Of a stretch of DNA of 64,000 nt, positions 12,193-28,772 are shown piece after piece. The translations under genes were made by a program, and so were the position numbers. The notes beneath the pieces were generated by a model that had not been told where the DNA came from, searched no databases, and saw only the letters and a list, made by a program, of their open reading frames with translations. The DNA lies in the NCBI GenBank assembly GCA_039096225.1, contig JBBPEB010000017.1, positions 1 through 64,000 on the forward strand. Direction: 5' to 3'. This DNA is from Blastocystis sp. Blastoise. Lineage: Eukaryota; Protista; Bigyra: Opalinata. How positions within the stretch are numbered: position 1 is the first letter of the stretch; every line of letters starts with the position of its first letter.

Positions 12193-14585
12193 TTAAATAA
12201 AGTGTTCATATAAAGGTCCATTATAAGTAGATAATCGAGAGACTATTTCATCTGCAGAAGGTCTTTTATCAGGATTATATTGACAACAATCCTGAAATAA
12301 TGTTAATAAAGCTATATATATAATATATATTATAAATGTAGAACTATTTTTATAATAAAATATGTGAATATTATATATATTTATTATATACTACTATTTA
12401 AACTATAATTGAATGGAACAGCATATTTAGGATTTCTTTTAAGATTTGGCTATACATATATATATATATATAGAAACAATTGTAAAAATTGAAAAAAAAA
12501 ATAATTAAAGAAAAAGGTATAGTTATTATTCATAATAAATATATATATACATTAGCTGTGAATATTTCGAATCCAATATCTTCTCCCGTAAGTATATAAT
12601 AACCTACTAATCCTAATGAATATATATCACATTTATTAGTTATAGGCTTAGAACAATCAAATAACTCAGGAGCAGCACTATAGTGTATTATTATAATTAT
12701 TCTTATAAATATTATTATTATTGCTGTTATTATTAATAACAACTATTATTATTACCGCTATTCGTATTAATAATAATTCTTATATATTATTATAAAATGA
12801 ATGACTTACTATTGTTGAGTACCACATCTCGTGACATCCGCACTACCTGATTGGTCAATAACACGTGCCAGTCCAAAATCCCCCAAAATAGGATTATCTC
12901 CTTTCTCCATAAAAATATTACCAGGTTTAATATCTCTATGAACAATATTCTTCTTATGGATTGCTGCAACTGCAGAAGCTAATTTTTTAAAAATTGCACA
13001 AAAATACACTGTATATTGTTGAATAGATGGCCTATATTATATTATATTATAGCATATTATTTTATATTATAGCATATTATATTATAGCATATTATTTTAT
13101 ATTATAGCATATATATAGATGTATATATATATACAATCTTGGTTGCATATATTGAATTAAATCTCCTTCAGAAGCATAGTTTGTAACTAGCATATATCTA
13201 CCATTAAATGATACTAATCCATATATCTATATATTAACAGTAATATAATCATAATTATTTGTATATTAATAGTAATATAATCATAATTATTATATATTAA
13301 TAGTAATATAATCATAATTATTTCTATATTAATATTATTATAATCATAATTATTTGCATATTAATAGTAATATAATCATAATTATTTGTATATTAAAAGT
13401 AATATAATAGAATAATATAATATATATATATATTTTAAGTATATAGGGATGATTCAATTGAATAAGAGCTGCTAATTCTCTTTTTGCATATTTTATATCT
13501 TCAGCATTATTTTGAGGAAGTTTTTTTACACATACACTTATCGTTTTATACATACTATATATATAATATATAGTATACATACTATATATATATAATATAC
13601 ATACTATATATATAATATATAGTATACATACTATATATATATATATATATATACTATTGATAACACTGTGCAAATCCTCCTTTTCCAATGTCTTTGACAT
13701 ATGTGAAATCTGATGGATTTAATATAGGTACTATACATATATTACTATTATTATTGTTAATATAAATAATAATAGTATTAAATATATTAATATTATTATA
13801 ATTAATAATTTTAAATAATAAAATATAGCAATAATAACACATATATATACCAGAATTGATAGGATCGCTATTTGAATTTGAAACAGGAAGAGAACTATTT
13901 TGGGGTTGAGTACATATATATATATATAATAATATATATATATAATAATATATATATATAATAATATATATATATTATCTTATCATACATACATATATAA
14001 TTTATAGGTTTTAACAAGATTCGCAAGGAAATCACATATATTAGAAAGACGAAGTGACTATATATAAATATATAGTGTTATAAACTATTATCATTATCAT
14101 CTATATTCTATAATTATCAATGAATATATATTTATAATATTATAAATATATACTGGTTTATAATCTTTAAATATATCATAAGATAAATATCCATCGTTAT
14201 CAATCCAAGAATTTGAAGTATTAAATGATGAAGATCCTAAAATTTTATAAAATATTTAAAAATAATACAGAATAACAAATATTCTTAAGATAATTATACC
14301 ATATTTAATAAAGTGGATGACTGGAGCCATTAATGGAAATGATTGTTGCATTAATGTGAGGACTACTCGACAGACATTAGGACTATTATTTGGAATAAAA
14401 AGATCAATTGTCAAGAAAACAACATTCTCAACACCTTGACACATTGATGACTGGACAACTCTTAATTTGTTCTGTTGAACTGCTTCTTGGATTTGCTCAG
14501 GAAGGTTGTATTCTTTACAATACTTGAAGATTCTCATTAACTTTATAGCTTCTTCATATTCGTGATTGTAATCTGGTTGCTGCAT
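12193..14585 (-). CDS. UEV (TSG101-like, non-catalytic E2 fold) fused to a Ser/Thr protein kinase (multi-exon)
   Basis: N-terminus ...LMQQSFPLMAPVIHF..|..WIDNDGYLSYDIFKDYKP|SLRLSNICDFL with no catalytic Cys. Kinase motifs IGKGGFA, CVKKL, HRDIKPGN, DFG, CGTQQY|AAPE, DIYSLG, PDKRPS. Confidence 0.8.
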
Positions 14586-15329
14586 GGATTAATTTGTTCG
14601 TCACAACTAAAATTTAATTGATCAAATATAAAAATGAGATTTAATAAAAACCACTTTATTCATATTTATTTTGGAAAACTGAACTGTATTCTCGGATAAA
14701 TTTTTCAGTTTTTTTCTAGTTTTCAACGTTGAGGCTAATGTCGTATTCATTTATTACACAAATAAATCATAGCCAACGATGCTTGCGATGTTCATCTACA
14801 AATCCTTTTCATATTCGTTTGATCAAATCTATTAGCGTGAATAAAAGTATTTAGATATTGGATTATATATGCTCAGCAGATAGCTTAGGATATATATAAC
14901 TCATTCATCATAAGTCATATACTATATTTGGTAGTTCATGAAAATCACATTCCCTATATGAATTCACATCTATTATGTAACTATTTAATTAAGTAATAGA
15001 GAATCATTTATAATCAAAAAAGTATAGAAATCATGTGAAATATAAAAATCATAAAAGATGAAGTCATTATTTATTATTCTATGTATAACAAAGTTCATTA
15101 TGCATTTATTTATCGTCTTATTTTTTTAAATGTCTATTATGTATAATTTTCAAAATTTATAATATAAAATGATCATAAATCAAATCTTTTAAGTAATAGT
15201 CCAAATTTTCATATTTTTCTATTATTGAAATTCTACTCAAACAAAACTATAATAAAACAAAAATAATAACTAACTGACTACTATTACGTTACCTAAATTA
15301 AAACTAAAAAAATCACGAATAATAAAAGG

Positions 15330-17455
15330 CTAACATAAATGATTAAATTTATATCTATAATAACAAGTTATAGTATGAAAATCTTGTCTAAGTTTTTGAA
15401 TATAACTCTCATTATTATATTGTTTTACATAATATATATTATTTTTCACTTCAATCTATATATTTAAAAAAATATAATAATACTATTATATATTGAATCG
15501 TTGTAAGATATATTTATATTTATATAATGATTTATAGGATAAATATTATAAAAAAATAGAGATGATAAAATATGTATATACTATGTAATTAGATAAATAA
15601 ATATCACCTAGAAAAGCTATTTCAAGTGAAGGAAAGAATTGAGCATTATAATATTTATTATCTTTCTCTTGGAACCGCTTATGTTTTTCAATATCAGAAA
15701 TATGAATAATTGCAGCTATTTATAAAAGATATATATAATTATATACATAATTAATATATATATATATATATATTATTCTTAATATATATATTATTCTAAG
15801 ATATATATATATATATGTATAGCCATACTACTAGAGGTAATATCAATTGTGTCCACAAAATTACTTCTAAAATTAGCATAATTAACAATATAATTATCAA
15901 TAAAAAAACGTCCAATTACAATATTCTCAACAATATGATTGGTTAATGTATATTTTGTGGCAATAAAAACATCCTAGAGTTCAAAATAATTATTATATTA
16001 TTGCATATATATATAAATACTAATAAAATAATAATAAATAATATAAAAAAAATAAATAATAATAATATATATATATAATAATAATATACAATTGCATTTG
16101 GATTTGCATAATGAGATGTGGCATATGCATCAATAATAATAGTATTATATTCATGATTATTAGTAAATGTTCTATTATAAAAAAAGGTATCTTGAACATT
16201 AGACCGCGTACTTAATAAAATAATTTCATTCTTTAATTCCTTCTTATATATAGATTCTATTACTTTTATTAATATATCTTCAATATTTAAACTTAATAAT
16301 ATATCTCCATTCAAATATCCATAAAACCAGGATTCATAAGAAGTTTCCAAAGTTCTTATAACAGACTTTAATATCGGAACATGATACTCATTAGATTCAT
16401 CTTTATATATATATATAATATTATATAATAGAAATGTTAAAAAAATATTATAATACAAATAAAAAAATATTATAATACAAATAAAACATATTATAATACA
16501 AATAAAAAAATATTATAATACAAATAAAAACATATTATAATACAAATAAAAAAATATTATAATAAAATAAAAAAATATTATAATAAAATAAAAAACATAT
16601 TATAATACAAATAAAAACATATTATAATACAAATAAAAAAATATTATAATACAAATAAAAAAAATATTATAATAAAATAAAAAAATATTATAATATAAAT
16701 AAAAAAATATTATAATACAAATAAAAAACATATATATACATACAACTATTACTATAGGAAATATTTCTCTTTATGCATTCATCAATAATAATAGGACTCT
16801 CTGTAAAGATAACAAATCTTATATTTGTATATTTATGAAACATTTCAATACTATCAACGAAATAATGTTGAATAAAATTCCTAGATGTATGATTCTATGA
16901 AGAGAAATTTATGAATATATTTATTCTAAAAATTATATATACATATAACATACAGTAACAACCAATGAAGTTCCTAAAACAGCAATATATCGCTTATTAA
17001 ATAGAAATTCTATATTATAATAATCATCAAATAATTTTGTTTCTGTTGAATTCAAAGAAGAGTCACACAGAGGAGAATTCATATTGATTTTGCATTGTAT
17101 AGACTTATCTATATTAAAATAACACTAAAAAAATTATTTTAGAATATATACATAAATCTCTTTGATATTTGAGAGTTTTGTTATCTACTAAACTCTCATT
17201 TAATTGTTTCCGATTGGACACAGTGATATTAGGCACTCTATAATGCTCAACATTTGCATGGTAAGCAACAGATAGCTTCTTTATCTTAATTTTTATTGTT
17301 TTCATATAATATTAACAAGAAGAAAATACGAATGGCATAGCATCTGTATCAACTGTACGATTAAAAATGTGATTCGATACAGAGAACATTAAACGTAATC
17401 CAAATATCAATATAATGGACAGTAATGTTACTTGTTTTGAACCAGAGCAACTCAT
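15330..17455 (-). CDS. Type II membrane protein, GT-A-fold glycosyltransferase-like
   Basis: Signal anchor MSCSGSKQVTLLSIILIFGLRLMF. Motifs FYGYLNGDILL, DVFI, VIGRFFIDN, DIT..AIIH. Consistent GT-AG exon chain ending FNHLC-TAG. Confidence 0.6.
16435..16730. repeat. Intronic minisatellite, unit about 21-23 bp (AAAAAATATTATAATACAAAT)
   Basis: More than 10 tandem copies seen directly. Confidence 0.9.
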
Positions 17456-17634
17456 TGATATCCAAATAGCATGCAAATGTGAAAAAGAAAGTCATCATTC
17501 TGTTTATCATGATTCTTTCAAACTGATAAGGCTGATTATTCAAAATATTGATGGGAATAATTTTTTTATTTAATATGTATTTAAACGGTTAAAAAAGATA
17601 AAATTTTTTTACAACTTTATACTCAATTTTCTCA

Positions 17635-18587
17635 ATGAGAACTAAGCCAAATATTTTAATCACAGGTACTCCAGGTACTGGTAAAAGTACATTAGCATCA
17701 GCCATTGCTGCTGCTTGTGACTTTAAAAATATTCCTATCAGTAGTATTGTCAAAGGACAACAAATTAATTCTGGTTGGGATGATGAATTTGATTGCTATA
17801 TAATTGATGAAGATGCTGAAGATAAGGTATGATAAACTATATATTAGTGTTGTTGTTTTTTTTTTTTATATTTATTATTAAGTCTTTAAAATAAATATAT
17901 GATTATTTTTCTTTATACATAGATACTTGATTACTTAGAGCCTATTATGGATGAAGGTGGTGTTCTATTAGAACATCATTCTGTTGATTGGTTTCCTGAA
18001 CGTTGGTTTGATCTTGTTATTGTTTTAAGAACAGATAATACTATTTTATATGATAGATTATCAGAACGGTATATATATATTTATTTTTTTATTCATTATT
18101 TATTTTTTTCATTATTTTTTTTTATTCATTATTTTATATTATCATTATTTTATTTATTATTTTTTATTATTATTTTATTCATTATTTTTTATTATTATTA
18201 TTTTATTTATTTTTTTCATTATTTTTTTATTCATTATTTTATTTATTCATTTTTTTTTATTCAATTCGAATTATAATAACTATAAATATATATGTATTTA
18301 AATATATTATTATTTATATAGTAATTACAGTCAACACAAAATCACAGAGAATGTTGAGTGCGAAATTATGCAAGTAATTTATTTATTATTATATTCTATT
18401 TTATTTTAAATATATATCTACTCTATATTAGGTTATTCTCGATGAAGCTCGAGAGAATTATCCTATTGAAATTGTCCAAGAATTACAAAATGATTCTCAA
18501 GAACAATTAGAAGAGAATCTGGATAGAATTGTTACTTGGGTAGATAATTGGTATGAAGATCATAAGAATGACTCTGCTGATAATTAA
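17635..18587 (+). CDS. AK6: Adenylate kinase isoenzyme 6 (Fap7/hCINAP), 4 exons
   Basis: NILITGTPGTGKST, FPERWFDLVIVLRTDNTILYDRL, ENVECEIMQ|VILDEARENY. Confidence 0.95.
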
Positions 18588-19141
18588 TTGCTATGTTATT
18601 ACTTTAAATCTTTTCTTATAGCATCTTTGTATTTATTTTTTTGTTATTATCCATATTATTGAAAAATTATAATCTTTTTGTTATCATCATGTAATCAGCA
18701 CTTCTATTCAAACTTCAAAAGTGTTTTAATTGTTATTTACTACTACTATTAATTGTTTTTCGAATGGTTTCTAACCAGTATACACTTAATTTTTCTAGAA
18801 TTCCTATTATCCAATAGCCTCTTTATCAATTACATGCTCATTTAAATGAAGTGAGTCTTTAATGAATATATATTTGAAAAACAATTTGAAGTCTGATTTT
18901 TACTGAAATCAACTGACATAACAAGAAAAACCACAAATATTTTTTATTTTTTAAGTGATTCATTACAAATAATCATGGATTTTTCATTTTGTTAATTCTT
19001 ATAGGAAAACCACTCATTTCAGGGTAAAAGCCGAGAGATTCTTCAAAGCCAGTCAGATAGAACTGTTTATAAGAAGAGTTGTCAAATCAAACAAATTTTT
19101 GATTTGTATACATATTTAAAATACTAAACAACATCTGAAAA

Positions 19142-20096
19142 ATGGGTCATAGTGATAAGAAAGATAAGAAAGATAAGAAGAGTCATACTAAACACTCTGA
19201 AAAGACTGTTGAAAAGTCGACTTCTGAAGAAACCGTTCCTAAAACTATTAAAAGACACTTGGATGATGTTGAGTCTAGTACAACAGCGACTCCTGATGTG
19301 GATTCCACTTCAAAATCATCTCAGAAAGAAGGTATTTTTTATGAATCATCATATATTCACTTGGTAGTTCTATTTTATATTTATTTTCTTTATAAAAACG
19401 GATTCATTTTTGTTTTTTTTTTTTTTTTTTTGCTTTAATTTTTTTTTTTTTATTATTTTTTGTTATTATTTTTTATTTTTATTTTTTAATTTTTACAAGA
19501 AAACCATATAATAAATTATATATAATTGAATCTAAAATATATATATAGAATCACCTAAGGTTGAAGAACCTGCTGCTAAAAGAATTAGAACTCGTTCTAT
19601 GGATGCTGCAGAAGCAGATTCTCTTTATTCTTTTTCTAGATATCCTCTTAGTCCTGAGACTATTGGTATTTTAAATTCTCATGGTATTACTGAATTATTC
19701 CCTATTCAAGCATATAATGATTTTATTTATTATTTTTATTTTAATATTCTATTTTTTATATACTTTATTTTAATTTTAATAATAATGTTATATAGGCTCT
19801 TACTTTTGATCCTATTTTCAATGGTAAGGATTTAATAGGTCGTGCTTATACTGGTCAAGGAAAGACACTTGCTTTCTTATTACCTATAGTAGAAAAAATA
19901 CGTAAATTAGGTTTAAACCCTCCTCGTCGTACTAAAGAACCATTAGTTTTAATTTTATCACCTACTCGTGAATTAGCTAGTCAAATTGAAGAACAAGTTG
20001 AAATGATTGCTCCTCATCTTCGTTCTGTCTGCTTGTATGTGCGATTCTTTATTCTTATTGTTTGTTTGTTTGTTTTTTTTTTTTGTGTTTTTTTAA

Positions 20097-20127
<31 letters not shown>

Positions 20128-20433
20128 GATTTGGAGGTACTTCTTATGATCCTCAAGAGCGTGCTTTATTACGAGGTGTAGAGATAGTTGTTGGTACTCC
20201 TGGTCGTGTTATTGATCATATAGAACGAAATAACTTACGTTTAAATAGTTTACAATTCTTAGTATTAGATGAAGCTGATCGTATGTTAGATATGGGTTTC
20301 CAAGAAGATGTAGAGAAGGTTATTAAGGCTTGTAATGGAACAGGAGAAACAGAAAATAAACGTATTGTTCCTGAAAAGATTCAAGTATTTTATTATTATT
20401 ATTATTTATTTATTATTATTATTTATTTATTAT

Positions 20434-20466
<33 letters not shown>

Positions 20467-20481
20467 TATTTATTTATTATT

Positions 20482-20512
<31 letters not shown>

Positions 20513-21634
20513 TATTCTTACATATTATGAATATTATATTTAATATATATATTCTTATATAGGTGTTATTATTTAGTGCTACAATTCCTTCTTGGATTCG
20601 TGGTATAACAGATCGTTATATGCGTGAAGATAGAGAAATTGTGGATTTAGTTGAAGAGAAAGAAAAAGCTTCTGGAGATGTTGAACATTTCACTATTCGT
20701 TGTCCTTGGGAAGTATATATTTTTTATTTATTATTATTTTATATAGTCAATTTTATTTTATTTTATTTTATTTTTTAATTATTATTTTTTAATTATTATT
20801 TTTTAATTATTATTATATAATTATTATTATATAATTATTATTATATAATTATTATTATATAATTATTATTATATTTATATTTATATAAAATCGTCCACAA
20901 GTTATGTCTGATTTAATAGATGTATATGCAGGAGATGGTCAAGCTATTATTTTCTGTGATATGAAGAAGAGTTGTAATGAATTAGCTGCAGAAGATTGTC
21001 TTAGAGGAAAATGTTGTGTATTACACGGTGATATTCCTCAAAATACTCGTGAATCGACTCTTCAAGACTTTAAAGATAAGAAATATAAGTGTTTAATTGC
21101 TACAGATGTTGCTGCTAGAGGTTTAGATATTAAGGGAATTTCTCTTGTTATTAATCGTGAACCCCCCTGTACACGTGCTCATTATGCAGATGTTGAGACT
21201 TATATTCATCGTAGTGGTAGAACAGGTCGTGCGGGTAAAAAAGGTATTTGTATAACTTTCCATACCGGTTTAGGTCAAGAAACTTCTTTAAAAGAAATAG
21301 AAAAAGCTGTTGGAAATCCTTTTGTTCGTATTGGTGCTCCTCAACCTGAAGATCTTCTTCGTGTTAAAGTTATTAATACTATTGAAAAAGTTAAAGGAGA
21401 AGGTATTTATGAAAGTGTTTATAAAGTCATTTCTCCTGAAGTTGAAAAGATGTTAGATGAATTCCAAAATAGTAAAGGTGATGAAACACAAAAACACAAT
21501 CGTTTAGTTAAGATGATTAGTAGTTTTATAGGTATAGGTTTAGGTTGTGATCAACCCTTAAAACATCGTTCTCTTCTCTCTGGCTCTGAAGGTTTTATTA
21601 CAGTTATTATGCTATTTTTTATTTTATTTTATTT

Positions 21635-21671
<37 letters not shown>

Positions 21672-21959
21672 GTATTTATTATTATTTTTATTATTTATAT
21701 ATTATTATTATTATATATTTGATAAATCAAGTTATTTATTATATTAGTAATTTTCTTAAATATCTATATATATATATATAAATCCATAGGTTTTATTACA
21801 ATACAATTTATATCTCTTCAACCTATTCGTACTCTCTCTTATATATGGGGTGCTCTCAATAGAGCTTTCCCTGAAGATCTGGTCCAAACCGTCAAATCAC
21901 TTACTCTTACCAAGGATGAAATGGGTGCATAATGTTTTATTTAGTCTATTCTATTATTA

Positions 21960-22020
<61 letters not shown>

Positions 22021-22367
22021 TTATTATATTCTATTATTATTCTGAAATGGGTGCTGTTTTTGATGTCAGTGAAAGTTATATTGATATGATTGAAAAAGAT
22101 ATTGCTGAAAGAGGTGATAGGGCTGCTTATAAAATATGTACAGAATTACCTGAACTTAAAGATAGACAACCTGATATGAATAAATCTAATTTCGGTAATG
22201 GTAGAGGTGGTAATGATAGAAGAGGTGGTAATGGAGGTAGAGGAGGAAATGATAGAAGAGGTGGTAATGGTGGTAGAGGAGGTTTCGGAAGAAATAATAA
22301 TAGTGGTTTTAATGGTGGTAACAGAGGATTTGGAGGTAATAATAATAGAGGTGGATTTAGAAGATAA
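19142..22367 (+). CDS. DDX21: DEAD-box RNA helicase DDX21/DDX50 family (GUCT domain, RGG tail), 8 exons
   Basis: [59 protein letters not shown] region and a G/R/N tail. Confidence 0.92.
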
Positions 22368-22616
22368 ATATTAAATAATTTATTATTTATGTAACTTTTA
22401 TTATTTTTCATGTTTCTCTTTGTTGCTTTTTTTTTTCTTGTTTGTCGTAATTTGTTTTCTTCTATAATGTCTGTAGTGTTTATTTTATTTTTAATTTTAA
22501 TTTCATTTTATAATAAAAAAGGCAATATCCACATATATATATTGACTACAAAAAAAGAACAACTATTTTAATTATAAATAATGATTATACATATATATAA
22601 AAGGATAAAAATGAAA

Positions 22617-22982
22617 TTAATTATTTTTAAATCTATTAAGCTTTCGTCGCTTCTTCCACTATATATTATATTATTGTTAAAATTATAATGAACACAGATA
22701 ATCATAAAATAAAAGTTAGATATATTATTAGATTACCTTATGTTTATTCATCTTTGTTTTTCTCTTCTTCAAAACACTTGAGAAAAGACGTATTTGCATA
22801 CCTAATACATCAAAAGGACTAACCAAGAAACTACTCAATGAATTTGTGCTATTTATTGTTGTTATCGAAGTAGCAGTTTGAGGAATCACAGAAGGATTTC
22901 TTAAACTGGTCATGAAACCCCTCTGAATCACTGGGACATTCATGGCAATCTTGGCCATCCCAAAAAGACTTTGTAGAAACAT
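22617..22982 (-). CDS. Mitochondrial ribosomal protein mS38 / COX24 / AURKAIP1-like
   Basis: Targeting-peptide-like N-terminus and basic C-terminus SSVLKKRKTKMNKHK|WKKRRKLNRF. Confidence 0.85.
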
Positions 22983-23482
22983 CTCAATACAACTCTTTTT
23001 GAAGACCAATTTATTTTATTAACAAAGAGAAACCTCTTTCAACATTAAAATAAACATGGGAATCTCATTCTTATTAAAATAAAGAAATTCCTTTGTGAAT
23101 TTCTTCTTTCTCCTCTTTAAATTTATTTATTTTCAACTAATATTTTTTTTTTATTTAAAAGTATATATTCTTCGTTTTCTATGTGTTCTATGAAAATATT
23201 TTCATTCATTTATGTAGAATAATCCAGTTGTATCTTCTATAAAAAATTTCACGTTGAGAATAATAATAAATAATTAATGTAAACCCATTATCCAAGTATT
23301 TATTCGCTAATAATATTCAATTCGCATTGAAGATAATTTAGTCAATTGTAACATCATAACTGTGAAATGAATACTGTTTTAAAAATATAAATGAGTAAAC
23401 CAAATCAAAATAAAATCAATGAAACAATAGAAAGATGAAAATATATATATAATTTTTATAAAGAAATAAAATAAAATATTCA

Positions 23483-24381
23483 TTACTCTGATAAATACTT
23501 TAAGAATTCATATTCTTTCTTATTTTGCATCTCATCAATAGCTTTTTGTATATCTTCTTTATTAATCTCAGTTTTCTTTGATCCAACTTGATTTGAAACT
23601 TGAGTACTAAATTCCTTCATAAATATTTCCTAAAAAGTATTATTATTATTATTAAATGGTTATTATTATAAAGTGAGTTTTATATTATAATCATTAAATA
23701 ACTTTTATTAATATTATTATTAAATAGTTTTTTATTCATATTATTATAATTAAATAAAGTTATTAATATAATAGTAAAAAAATATTATATTTATAATAAT
23801 AATAATAATATCACTTATGCAAACAGTAGTATATTATCCATAAAATCATACTAAAGCTTTACTCATAGCTACATAGCCAAGTGTTTTTGTAGGATACATT
23901 TTTGATACATAATTATCTATTGTTGGAAATGCTAATTTTATTTTTGTACTTGCTAAATATATATAGATATTATATATATGTAAAAGAGCAACTATAAAAG
24001 AAATATATTATAATCAAATAATATCCTTATTTTTCATGTTATTTATATACGTCGTGTAGCCAATTGCTATATATAGAATAATAATCAATAATTAGTCAAT
24101 ATTAATATATATATATATACAGCTGAACTCGTAGTTTTCTTTTCAGTCAAATTTCTTTCCTATATAGATATAAAATTATTTCCTATAAAATAATACATTG
24201 TATAAAAACAATTTAATCGTAAAAAAAAAGTACTTACAGAGGACATTTTTTCCTTTTTTATATCTGGTGTCTATATAAATAGTAATTCATAAATATAAGA
24301 ATCAAATCATCAATAATTCATAAGAATAAAAAACAAATTATCACTAATTCATAATCAAAAACATACAGATGAACCTGGCAT
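23483..24381 (-). CDS. Small H2A-like histone-fold protein (NF-YC/POLE4/CHRAC15-like) with several micro-exons
   Basis: Absent from the ORF track. Spliced KLAFPTIDNYVSK..VAMSKAL|EIFMKEFSTQV..KKTEINKEDIQKAI..EYEFLKYLSE*. Confidence 0.7.
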
Positions 24382-24878
24382 ATCTCTATATAAGAAAATA
24401 AATGAAAAAAAATAACATATATATACAAAAAAATAAATTAATAGGAAATGAGTGCGAAATAAATGAATAAAAATAATATTTTTCTATATACTAATTTCTA
24501 ATATCTTGAATCAATTTAAAGATAATCTTATTTGAATTTATTTTTGACAATTAAATACCTATGTAAAGAAAAACAGAATTCTTTAATAGTATCTCTAGTG
24601 TACAGCAATATACTTTTTTTGTACAAGCTCTGTCAACAAATAAAACGATATACTCGTGCAGTAAGTATAAAAAAGCCTAAAAAAACAAAACGAAAGTATC
24701 CCAGAATTCAAACGAAGTCATCTCCTACTGAATTCTGGGAGAACAAAAAAATAGCGTAGTTTTTTCTGTTCTAGATGAATATCTATTTTTAGTATTATAG
24801 CGCTCGCTTCTTCATATAATTCATATTAATTATTATTCTATAATACTCTCAGATTAATATACTATACAAAATACATAT

Positions 24879-28206
<3,328 letters not shown>

Positions 28207-28772
28207 TTATAACAATCTATATATATATTATTTTCATATTATTCATTATATTTTTTTTTCCACTTTTTATTTTTTACTAATTATTTTTTTTTTATTGTTT
28301 TCTTCTCTTTTGCGTGAAAAGTTTATTTGAAGGTTATTCTTTATATATAGTATTGTTTGTTGTTAATATTATTTATTTACTTTTTTAGTTAAAAGAAACA
28401 TTAATATATATTATTTAATGTGTCAATATATTATGTCAAATTATAGTAAATATAAAGATTCATATAAATCAATATAATTTATTAATATAATTATCTTCAA
28501 TACACATTTCAATAATTGTTTCATGTTTTTATTGTTATTAAATTGTATATATAATTGATATATCTTATTGATTACTGTATATGTAATGAAATTAGTTCAT
28601 ATATTTATACGGTCTATGATTATCATTCTTTTAAAGTTTTATTTGAAGAATCTTTATAATAAAATGAATACTTTATTAATTGCTTATTTATTATCATAAT
28701 ATATTTTTATAAATAAAACAAAATCAATACATAGAACAATATAAATATACATATATAGTCATAATAATATAA

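Noticed and set aside
13880-13995. Apparent missing acceptor AG in a UEV-kinase linker intron
   Set aside because: An in-phase canonical AATAG acceptor exists a few codons downstream.
22127-22411. Antisense Pro/Leu-rich ORF
   Set aside because: It is the mirror of the DDX21 RGG tail.
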